A stretch of DNA of 62,848 nt, the filler included, from Globobulimina sp. (taxonomy: Eukaryota): the NCBI GenBank assembly GCA_003354225.1. It is 23 parts of 23 records of this genome, joined end to end, with 100 filler letters (N's around TTAATTAATTAA, not from the genome) between each part and the next. Parts side by side here need not be neighbours in the genome. Positions count along the whole stretch, not along the records: positions 1 to 2,639 come from PIVH01005577.1; positions 2,740 to 5,378 come from PIVH01005578.1; positions 5,479 to 8,117 come from PIVH01005579.1; positions 8,218 to 10,855 come from PIVH01005580.1; 19 more parts are not named here. The stretch is one strand, 5' to 3'. The notes beneath the pieces are model-generated. The model made no database searches, had not been told where the DNA came from, and saw only the letters and a program-made list of their open reading frames with translations. Position 1 is the first letter of the stretch. Each line of letters begins with the position of its first letter. Of this stretch, positions 1 through 10,955 are shown piece by piece. Position numbers and translations under genes: made by a program.

Positions 1-1030
1 TGTATCGATTAACCAACACCTCCAACACCTCGGCATGAGTCGATATATAGTAGTTGCGATAGATGTCGGCCTCATGCTCAATATCTTTATCTAGTCCAAA
101 ATTGATGTAGGCGATAGTGCCACCTAACGCCACGATATGTAACAGTGCGAAGATGAAGGTGTAGCGAACACCGCGCCAGAGGATAACGCTGTCATCGACC
201 AGCAATAGAGGGGAGATGATGAGCAGGGTGAGCCCCAGCATCCAGTGCAGTCCCACCGATTTAAAGAGTGAGAGGATAAAGAACAGCAGCAGCGCCAGCA
301 GCAATATCTGCCCCAGTGGATTTGCGGGCCATCCTGCCCCCCTGGTTTTGATAACCCGGTAGTAGATAAAGATCAGGGGGGCGCCAAGATAGAGTAAATT
401 GAGGACAAATTCCCCCGGATTGCTCCAGCCGAGGCCCCCTTCGTCCTTTCTGTTATAGAGATTAAAGGCGATATTGTTCCAACAGATCTGGCTATTGCTG
501 TAGAGATTAAACAGGATGAATGGGAGCGCTGCGCCTGTAAATAGCAGCAGTGGTTTGATACCGAGTCTAGGTAAATTGATAATAAGATAGAGGCCGATGG
601 CGCTGGCGGGGATCACACTTAGATATTTGGTATTGAACGCCAGACCGATCCAGATCCCTGCGAGCAGATATTGCGAGAGCTGTTGCTCTTTTTGTGCCCG
701 ATCGATGGCCAGTAGGGCCAACACAGAGAAGAGTAACAGCAGGGTGTCGGTGGTATAGATAAATCCGGCGATGAAATTGAGGGGCAACAATAGGTAAATA
801 GTGGCGAGCGGCAGCGCAAGCTCTCTATCGTAGTGGCGAACAATGTGGCGATAGATCAACAGCACGACCAGCGTGGAGACGATGATTGCCGCGATCCGCA
901 GCTCTAAAATCGGGATTTCAATCCATCCCAACAGTGCCTGAAATAGCGTGAGTAACCAGCCGGTGAGTGGCGGGTGATCATAAAATGTGAGTGCCGGGTG
1001 GAGGCCCCAACTATAAAAATATGCCTCATT
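1..1030 (-). CDS. Bacterial-type GT39/ArnT-family membrane glycosyltransferase (partial; absent from ORF track because it runs off the window)
   Basis: Manual translation gives NEAYFYSWGLHPALTFYDHPPLTGWLL...TTDTLLLLF...LAGIWIGLAFNTKYLS... and many hydrophobic segments. This matches the DEAYY..W....YYDHPPL and KY motifs of ArnT/PMT_2. The segment is GC-richer than its flank and has no introns. Confidence 0.85.
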
Positions 1031-1771
1031 GCTCGTATCCTCCAATTTATCCCCCAACACACCATACATTTCCATGGTGGAGGCAGAGGCCCTTAATTTA
1101 GGCGGTGCAGCGGCAGAGGCGGACAGCTCACTCATTATCTCATTCTGATCATTCTTATCAATCAAAACAAATTTGGGTGTTGCCACTTGTTGTTTTCTCC
1201 AATTTAATTTCCTATATCCAACAACATCCTCATTCGAATTCGCATTCGAATTGGTTGCGCTTTTTGCACTTTTTATACTTATACTTTTGAGAGGCGGTAC
1301 ATAGTCATCGTCGGTATAATCCGTTTCAGACAAATCTAGATCTTCGACATTTTCTATATTCGAATTCCGTTTATTATTTAATTGTATTTGTGACTGTGAG
1401 TCTAATTTTCTTCTTTGTCGTTTTAATGAATTGTTAATATTTGGCGATAACGACGAATAATTATCATTTATTGCACGAACTCGCTTTCTATTTTTAGGAT
1501 TTAATTGTGATCGGTATGTTACTGCCGCAGGGATCGGGAATGGAGCTGTTGCGGACAGAGCAGACATTGGAGACATAGGAGACAGTGCAGACAGTGCGGG
1601 TGGAGATGGACTTTTATTTTTAGCTTCTTTCTTTGTAATCGTTGTCGATATCGATGATGTATTTGAAGGATGTAAAGTAGTATGATTATTATGCATGATT
1701 TTATTGTTTGAATGATTATAATCATCGATGTGATGATTTGGTGCCATTAGATTTCGCAGATTACTGCTCAT
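1031..1771 (-). CDS. Eukaryotic Asn/Ser-rich low-complexity protein N-terminus, in frame with the GT39 segment
   Basis: Manual translation from ATG 1771 (MSSNLRNLMAPNHHIDDYNHS...KNRKRVRA...LKRQRRKL...) is open through to the GT39 frame. It has basic NLS-like clusters, and a possible intron acceptor (ttttgcatag) lies just upstream. Confidence 0.6.
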
Positions 1772-2639
1772 TGCTAATTTGCTATTAATATCTATTACCT
1801 ATGCAAAACTTTGGTTAATTTGCTACTTCATCTATTATTTTGTTTATTTGTTGAAATATTATTGTTAAATGCATAAATACGATGCAAAAGCACAAAATGG
1901 ATTATTATGTCATGGCAATGGATGCCAACTATGGATTAATTAAAGTCATACCTACAACATCAACATGAGAGCGGCTTAACGAGCGCTTAACGAGCGCATA
2001 ACGACGAATGAGTACAGAAAGCTAGATTTTAACGGTTTTTTGCGCAAATTCGCAAGACTTATAAGCTGTTCTACTGTTTTCTTTGTTGAATAATAAAAAT
2101 ATTAAATGAATCAGAATTCATTTTGTATAGAACTAGTGTTGGATAAGCAAAAGAATAAAAATTCATATGTGAATATTTTTTTTAAACAATGTGTATCAAA
2201 ATATTTCGCAATTCAATTGCATGGATCTATTAATACGTATGATACCGTTCCTAGCGGTGGCTGTGGTCATTGATCAAAAAGATGTGAATTTTGAAACTAA
2301 AGAGGAAGTGATTCACCACCTTCCGTGTGTGCGAGGATAATTCAAACGTATTCCTGTTTCAAATTATTCAGTTCTATACAGTATATTTTAACCATTCAAT
2401 AGCTCCAATTTACCAGAACTAGATATTAGGTCATATGGGATAAATTTGCTAGACAAAATCCAGTATGTCATGCTTTAATATAATGATGAAATATCTTGCT
2501 TGCCTAACACTACAATTTAAAAACAGCTTAAATAAATCTTATAATTAATTTTTTATCGTCAGAAAATTTTAAACTGTTTGTTAGATAAAAGGTTAGAAAA
2601 TGTTCTGACGCTGAAAAATGAATTGCAGTTCTTATTGCG

Positions 2640-2739
2640 NNNNNNNNNNNNNNNNNNNNNNNNNNNNNNNNNNNNNNNNNNNNTTAATTAATTAANNNNN
2701 NNNNNNNNNNNNNNNNNNNNNNNNNNNNNNNNNNNNNNN
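2640..2739. other. Artificial contig spacer N44-TTAATTAATTAA-N44 (first of 22)
   Basis: Identical 100-bp spacers with stops in all six frames start at 2640, 5379, 8118, 10856, 13594, 16332, 19070, 21808, 24546, 27284, 30021, 32758, 35495, 38231, 40967, 43703, 46439, 49174, 51909, 54644, 57379 and 60114. Contig lengths fall from 2639 to 2635 bp, i.e. a length-sorted concatenation. Confidence 0.99.
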
Positions 2740-5378
2740 CAGGTGTATGTCGACGAAGACGTAATCCGCGACACGGATGGTCCGATTTGGGCCTCCAATA
2801 CTCTGGACACACCAGATCCACGTTTAGCGACAGATCAACCCCCACCTGCTGGTGTCAAAATGGTAGTAGCGGGACGCCGTTTCACTATCAGCTTAAATCC
2901 AGTTTCTGCAATCCCGTTCATTCATAAAATCCAGAAATCGGAAGTCATTGCATTGCAGATGACACCTCTATTGAGTAATAAAGCGCAGAAGGCTTTGGTT
3001 AATCAAGTAATGGAAGATGGTATCTTCAAAGTGCTGGAACGAGAAGTACCTGTCAAAGAGGTAGATCGCAACAAGCGTGATAAAATGAAAGGAGCCAAAT
3101 CAGTGAACAGCAGTAGTAAAAATAAATGTATTGCTTCATTTTTGGGAGTTGAATTTGAATCCAACTTAGCACCACTCCCAACACATCCGAATCAGTTCTA
3201 CTTTGCCGGATCAGATGGTAGTAAAATTGCATTGACCACGGAACAAAACGTCTTTATCGAATCAGCATTGGAAACATGTCGTGACAATACTCAAGCATTG
3301 CGAGTGCTTTTGAGTCTAATTGGTCCACCTGGTACCGGAAAATCATTGACTTTAATGGCATTGGCCAAAGCAATCATTGATTTGACACCACAAGATGAAG
3401 GTAGAGTAAGTTTCACGAAAACAATAAATGGAGAAATTGTTCGGGATCAAGAAGTGGTTGCCATCATTGCACCAACTCGTGAAGCTACCTATGCTTTATG
3501 TGGAAAAGCAGTTCAATTGGTGGAGTATGGAAAAGCTTTAATGGCTAATCGAACTCAAAAGTCAGGTATTACAATACAAGATTTACCACGTTATCGTGTG
3601 GTATTATTGACACCAATTGATGCCTTGGGATTACCACTACCTTATGCACAAGTAGAACGTATGTCAATCAATCATTATATGTTCAAGGATCTTGAAGGAG
3701 CACCAGCAGTATTGACAACTCGAGCAGCATACTTCCGCATGTGGGCAGAAGTAGAGCAACTTTCCGATTTGTTGGCAGTTGAGAATGATGCCATGGCTCG
3801 CTTCTCCTTGAAATTAAGACAGAAAGGTCGAGTGGCTCAAGCAAAGAAGGATTTGAACACATTATATCGAGAAGTAATGGACTCATGTAAGTTCAACTTG
3901 ATTATAATGACATTCAAACAAGGCGAAGCCTATTTGGGTAAGTTCAAAGTGGAATTGAACATCAGTACGTTGTTGGCAGATGAAGCATCATACGCTACTG
4001 ACACCGACACATTCATTGCTTGTCGTTTGTTGGCTGACAAAACAGCTCGACAAATTGTACTATGTGGAGATCCAATGCAACTGGATCCGGTCGTACAAGC
4101 ACGTGCTGCATCTGGACGATTACAAGCAATTAGTACACAATCACGCTTGCAAGATCCTGGTTCCATAATCAAAAAGGTAATTTTTCCATATACAGTTGAA
4201 TCCGCTATCGACAAATTGGAAGTTCCAGTAGCCAATATTAAGCCTACAATAAGAACTCAAATGTTGACCCAGACATTCAGACAATCAGCCGTAATGGGAA
4301 ATTACACGTCGGAAACATTCTATGATGGAAAGGTTAAAACAGGTTTGACAGAAGAACAACAGAAAGTGAAGGACTGGACTGGTTGGCGTTTACCCTGGGG
4401 CACAGAAGGGTTCTCGTTTGCTTATCTGGCAGTACGAGGAACTGAAGAGAGTGTTGACGGTGAAAGCCGAGTCAACATGAACCAAATTCGTCAAACGATA
4501 GTATTGGTATGGTATATTGGAGAGGTCATGAAAGCATTTGCCTTGGAAAGCATCATGATTTTGACACCTTATGCTGGAACAGCAGCAATCGTAGAAGATC
4601 TACTAGCTCAGAAATGGAACAACGCTGAGAAACGACCTCGGTGTAAAACAGTGGATTCTGCTCAAGGTCAAGAGTATCCTTGCGTCATCTTTTTGACAGT
4701 TCGGTGTGCTAGCATGGATCACTTGGCAAAATTTTGGTCAATGTATGCACGGGTAAGTGACAATACAATATTTAACCGTCATTATCCAAATTACGAACAT
4801 GGGACTATGCCAATCTACACTAAAGTATGGTTCACTGGGTTTCTACAAAGTCCAAACCGTATCAATGTTGCAACAAGTAGACATCAACAAGCATTGATTA
4901 TTCTTGGTGATCCCTTGACAGGTGATCTCAGTAAGCCATTGCATTTACTTAGTCGTTTAGCACTGGCTAATCATGCTTTGTTCGAAGATGGTGTAGCTGC
5001 TTGGCTCAGAATATCAGAACATAATCGTAATTTCTGGTATAGTGCAGAACATCAAATGAAGCCATTGATCACTATCCGTGCAGAATCAATTGCAAAATTG
5101 GGTGAACACCGACCATTACCAATGTGCAAAACTGATGCACTCGAAAAATGGATGTTCGAGGATTCAACGTTCCCTGAAGCAGTCAAAGAAGAAATTCAAC
5201 CGCCACAACAATATGCAATCAAATTAGCCACTAGAGCATCACCCACAGGTAACGTTTTTGGATTGGATATGGTATTTTCAGATAAAACATACACCACTGT
5301 TGAAAGACGTGGATCATGTGACACTGATCCTGATGCATCAGATCATTTCTACCGGGAAAACTTGTCTGCAGCATATGA
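2740..5378 (+). CDS. Upf1/DNA2-NAM7-like superfamily 1 helicase (open at both ends)
   Basis: Walker A GPPGTGKS, IAPTREA, Walker B LADEAS, GDPMQLDPVV, LTQTFRQ, ILTPYAG, TVDSAQGQE, RINVATSR. Continuous frame across the whole contig. Confidence 0.9.
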
Positions 5379-5877
5379 NNNNNNNNNNNNNNNNNNNNNN
5401 NNNNNNNNNNNNNNNNNNNNNNTTAATTAATTAANNNNNNNNNNNNNNNNNNNNNNNNNNNNNNNNNNNNNNNNNNNNTTGTGCTACAGTCAAAAAATAC
5501 TTCATACAAACCACTCCCTTTTTATTATTTAATTTAATAATCATTCCTTTTTTGTTTTGATTTGAGAGATTCTTGTTTTAATGATGCAAAAATAAAACAC
5601 AAAAAATGCAAAAATAAAACACAAAAAAAACAAACAAAAATTTGTTTATATGATGTTTTGTGTTTCTCAAAATTATAATTTTTCATTTTTCTATTTCTTT
5701 GGGCGGTATAAATTCACCAAATTATACAATATTTACCATAATAATAAAATAAAATAAATAAATTCTACGAAGCGAATTCTTCGCTTGACATAGATACCAT
5801 ATTCATTCCAATTAACTACATCCAAATACCACTTATACCAGTCACAACTATACCAAATAAATAATATAAATTCCAAT

Positions 5878-6741
5878 TCAACACAATCCAATCAATATCA
5901 ATTTTTGTTTGTAATGATGGCCGCTGTACTTTTCAATCGCTTTGGGAATGCCTGAAATCTCATAATAGCCCAAATCACGCGACATATCCATCGGTAGTTT
6001 GGCGCTTTTCTCATAAAACAGCTCCACTTTCAAATAGCGCGCATGTTTGAGCGTCACTGCCCGTCGTCGGAATAAGTGGTTATTTTGCTGGAACAACGCA
6101 AGCGTACGCCGACAGCAAACGGCGTGATATCGTCCAAAAGTACTGCTTAAATTAGCAGCGCGGAAAGCGGCGCCCAACGCAGGCGATTCATCCGCATTTA
6201 AGTCTTCCTTCAACGGCTTACCCACATATTCCGTCAATAACTGCCGGATTCGCGGGATACGCGTACTGCCGCCCACCAACACTATGGACTCAATGTCGGA
6301 TTTATCATAGCCACTGTTACTGACCGTAGTGGAAAAGTCCTCGTCTTTGTAAATGCCCTCAATGCTCACAAACGTTTCCGTGTTGGCGGATAATATCTTC
6401 TTGGCCCTCCCGGCCGCGTTGCGTACGCGGGCCGTGAAGCGAGCATCGCTGCGTAGTTTGTCCGGCAATGTGACGCCTTTGCCTTGGTTGGTTTTCTTGG
6501 CTTTTTTCTGCTTTTTGTCCTGAGCGATGGAGAAATATTTGACGAGCGAGACTTTGGTGGAAACGGAGCTTGATTCATCTAAAACTATATCGAAGGATCT
6601 GCCAGGAACAACTGCTGCTACTTTTATTGTATCGGCCCCAAAGTCAATGCCTAGAACAGCACCAAATGATGGGGCAAATGAGAGGATGATGATTGCGAAT
6701 AATATTTGTTGGATTTTTGTCCTTTGGGTGCTGGTTGACAT
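5878..6741 (-). pseudogene. HYOU1/GRP170-like ER Hsp70-family chaperone, internally deleted and truncated
   Basis: Signal peptide, then VLGIDFGADTIKVA, AKKILSANTETFVSIEG, IVLVGGSTRIPRI and LNADESPALGAAFRAANLS. Only 287 aa: most of the ATPase domain and the C-terminal half are missing. Confidence 0.7.
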
Positions 6742-8217
6742 GGTATTGGAAGTTTGTTTTCTTTTTAAATTGACTGGAAAAAAAACATCATTAAACTAAG
6801 AATATTAAAGGGGTTGATCAAATCATTGAAAAATTCCATAAATGCGCCTTGCAATCCAGCATGATAAGCATAAAACGCTGGAACAATATGTAACAAACAT
6901 GAGTTACCGTTACAGCATGTAATAATATGATGGCAGTAATATAAAACCAGTGTTGAAGAGATAGAATTGTTGTCTCCGTGGCCTGTTCTGCCGATGAATG
7001 ACTTATTAATTAATTGCAATCAATCCAACTTATGCATTATATCACAATAAATATGCAAATGCATTGAGTCATTTCGGTGATGCTAAAAAATTAGAATTAT
7101 TTCAGAGAAAATTAGCATTTCAATACAGTCCAATTAACACTCGATTCATCACCGATTATATTGAATGTTTGGGTGGTAAAAAATTGATATTCGGATCAAA
7201 TCTCTCTGATTTTATGCTTATTCGATGTGTTGATTACAAGAATCAAGTTATATCAACAAATATTATCACAGCAAAATGTAAAAGAAGCAGCCAAATCAAA
7301 TGATAATTTGTTATGTCATTTTGGATATTTGCCAGAATTTCCATATTTAAGTTTCTGTCATGCCAGCAAAAGGGCGATGGATTCGGGTTTATACAATATA
7401 CGGAATATAATACTCTTTCATTGGATGCATTTATGTCTGATTGCTATGATCAATATTATTCAATATACTATCGACATTGTGACTTTGTTGATGTGTATTA
7501 ATCTTTCGCCAATAAATTGGAACAAACGGTTTGGGATCGCATCAATGTGCTGTTTGAAAGGAAGATATTCCAAAGGTTTTCATCATATTAGTCACATACT
7601 GCAGTCTTTCAATTTAGTTCCAAAAACGGAGTGTGACAAAGCGAGCAAATCCGAATTAATTAATATTCAACAAAAACACAATGAAATAATGAATTGTTGT
7701 ACCCGATGAAAATGAGCCAATTGTACTTGATTTATTTAAGGGTTTTGATGAAATTACAAAGATTTGAGAGTGCATTGGCAAAATATAAATATTTAGTTTA
7801 CCATAATATTTAGTTGGCGTTACTTGATTCATTACATATCCTGCAATGGTCGATAATGTGTAAACAGATTGGTCTACAATTAAGGACATGAGATGGTTGA
7901 CAGCATTGTTGATTATGCGTAAATCCGAAACACAAGTTGCGTCAGCGAGAACATGTCGAAAATATACCTATAAATGTTATTTATATATTATTATTACATC
8001 ACAGAAAAAAAAACATGCAAAACAACACATACAATCAAATTAATTAATAACCAAATCATTGATCATGAGAAATATTTACATATACAGTATTACTTATTAT
8101 TAAAATGTAAAAAAAAANNNNNNNNNNNNNNNNNNNNNNNNNNNNNNNNNNNNNNNNNNNNTTAATTAATTAANNNNNNNNNNNNNNNNNNNNNNNNNNN
8201 NNNNNNNNNNNNNNNNN

Positions 8218-9203
8218 ATCACATCAAACAAAATGCTTAAATACAACGGCATGACAGGAATAGCTGCACTTGCTTGGGTCACTACTGCTTTTAACACCGA
8301 CACAGACGCATTTATATCATACTCCTCGTTCAAAATAGCAACAGTTGCATCCAAGTCTTTTTTCGCTGCACCAATGGTGCCATTCCAATATATATCGGCA
8401 GTGACAGCTGAGCCTAAATATGTAAACGCAGTTGTTTTCGCATTTTTGTTCAACACGTTCGCAGACCGCAATGCCTCAATCCATAGCCGCCAATCTTCTC
8501 CGCCCATCACAGCAACGGTATTATCAATCTCTTCCTGGCTCGCAGCTGCCAACGTAAACTCTTTTATAATCTCTTTGTCTGTGTCCAGACCGGCACTGCT
8601 CACAGATTGACCAATCGGTTTCAGCACAGATGAATATACAGTGCCAGTGTCGGGATGTATGCGTCGCGGACTGGCTACACTATAAATCACTAAATCTATG
8701 CTGTTTGCGCCAAGGTCATTTCTTATAGTTTGTATGGTTGTATCTTTGATCGAGTTGGAGTATGCGTCGCCGTTTATGTTTCTGCTGTAAATGTTGTGCA
8801 AGTCGGCGAATTTTTGGAAGGCTGCTGTGTTGTACCAACCTGCAGTGGCAGTACGTTTGCCGACGCCGGGTTTCTCGAAAAATATACCCACTGTGGATGC
8901 CTTGTAAGCGAAGGCTGCGGTGATACGAGAGGCTAAACCGTAGCCGCTGGAAGAACCGATTACTAATACATTTTTTGGAGGGTCTTGCGAATAGGGAGTG
9001 GGTGTTTGGGATTGTACGAAATCTATTTGATTTTTGACATTTTGTTGGCAGCCAATGGGATGTGCGGCTGTGCAAATAAAACCTTTTATTTTTGGTTTGA
9101 TTACTGTTGAGATGGTGGGTCTTGAATGTTTGAATAAGGTTTGGATTGGAGTGAAGTTGGAATGATGCATGCTGTGATTGGAGAAGGTTAGTTTGCGGAA
9201 CAT
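8218..9203 (-). CDS. fabV: Enoyl-ACP reductase FabV / trans-2-enoyl-CoA reductase (TER) with N-terminal transit-peptide-like extension (3' partial)
   Basis: [56 protein letters not shown], catalytic [23 protein letters not shown]. About 33 extra residues from ATG 9203 ([15 protein letters not shown]...HSRPTIST) contain no Asp or Glu. Confidence 0.93.
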
Positions 9204-9305
9204 GGTTGCGTTGGTATGCACGTATTTTAGTAATATTGTATATTTGAAAAACTTTTTAAGACTTTAAGTTGAAAACTATTTACAAACAACTAGCAAGGAT
9301 ATGTA

Positions 9306-10855
9306 TTATTTTCTTGGTTTAATTTTTATCTTAAAACCGTCAGATTGCTTCATCACCAAAATAGGCGCCAATGGAATATTAATAACATCTTGATTTTGCT
9401 GTGGAATAATTTCATATTTCCTTAACATTGAGATTGCCATTACTTTTGCTTGCATGATAGCTGCTGTTTTGCCTAAACATAATCGCGGATTCACATTAAA
9501 TACAGGAAATTTATACATATCATACGAATTTAAACCATTTACAAATCGCGACGGGTCAAATATATTTGCATTGGGACCCCACAATTGAGGCAATCTTAAA
9601 TAAGCGCACGTATACACCACCACGCCTTCTGCCGCTAATATTTGTAATGTTTTATTATTTCCATTGAAATCTTTATATGGAATAACAGTATCTTTCACAG
9701 CAAATCTCGTTAAAAATGGAACGGGCGGATACATTCTGAGTGTTTCCATCAATACAGATTCTAAATAACCATATTTACCATATTTACGGACTTTTGTTTT
9801 CTCAGTAATTTTAATGCTCTTTTTTTTAATTATCAAAAGAATAAAATCCAATTAAACTAAAATGTCAATTTAAGCATATTTTGCATCGATCAACTTTTGT
9901 TAATTTAAAACTATGCATAAATGTCCATTTTTAATTTGGATACCTTTGAATTTGGAATGCAATCATTATACACTAATTTTTCATCTTTGTATTGATCAAT
10001 TTCCTCATACAATTTACTTAAAATATGTTGATTCTCTTTTCTAGTAATTTCAAAAAAGAAAAACGATAATAAAATGCGTGTGGTATCACGTGCAGCGATC
10101 ACGAAATTCATTGTAATGTCTCGAATATCCTTAAGATTGCTTATTTGCGATTGTTTTTCCTGTTTATTATATTTCATAAATAAACTCAATAAATCATGTT
10201 TTTCACGATCTTCGTCCATAATATTTCTATTTGCCTCACTCTTCATTCTTTTTTTGATTATTCCATCCGCAAAATCCGCCAAAATCTTTGCATGTTTTGG
10301 TATATTGACACCCTCTCTTTCCCCGAGGCCAAATCTCCGCTTTGCTCTCCAAAAAGGATCTTGATACCGAGCCTCACATTCATTTACCAATAAATCAAAA
10401 GCTGTGCAAAACGAATGGGTTTTGGGCAACAACTGTATGATATCTGTGCTTTCACCAAACGCAGTCTCCAGGAAGCTCTGTAACGTGTATCGTCCAAACA
10501 TTTCCCATAAATCCATTGTCGAATCATTTTCAGAAATCGATAATTGTGCCATTTTTGCAACCAAAATGTCCGCGTTGTCCACTGAACATTCAAACATATA
10601 ATTTTTTAAATTGTTCAATGAAAACATCCGCGATGCCACCTTACGATGGAATTTCCATCCATTGTTCCAATCTGATGCAAATATACCATTTCCTTTCGAA
10701 AGTTTATACACAAATAATTGATTTAATACTAGTATATAGATATAATATTTGTACCTAATAATGGCTCCATTGGCTGCTGAACATCAGGTCCTTTGATAAA
10801 ATCTGTAAAACGATCTTCAAAAATTAATTTTATCATTTTTGGGCAAAATATCAAA
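9306..10855 (-). CDS. Cytochrome P450, CYP86/CYP704-clan-like (5' partial, at least 2 introns)
   Basis: Splicing the GT-AG intron 10693-10754 gives EPLLG|NGIFASDW..WKFHRKVAS. Also I-helix NFVIAARDTT, ETLRMYPPVP, FDPSRF and heme motif FNVNPRLCLG. A second intron starts at 9943 (acceptor uncertain). Confidence 0.9.
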
Positions 10856-10955
10856 NNNNNNNNNNNNNNNNNNNNNNNNNNNNNNNNNNNNNNNNNNNNT
10901 TAATTAATTAANNNNNNNNNNNNNNNNNNNNNNNNNNNNNNNNNNNNNNNNNNNN

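Noticed and set aside
1968..2006. Short tandem repeat (about 3 x gagcgcttaac)
   Set aside because: A simple minisatellite without unique spacers; not CRISPR.
2557..2610. Imperfect inverted repeat (cgtcagaaaatttt ... aaaatgttctgacg); also a small hairpin at 5770-5786
   Set aside because: No complete hammerhead core, terminator context or second copy; plausible by chance in AT-rich DNA.
7064..7889. Short overlapping ORFs, one with SMCCLKG weakly recalling a Helitron N-terminal motif
   Set aside because: No Rep or helicase motifs; too short and broken to support a call.
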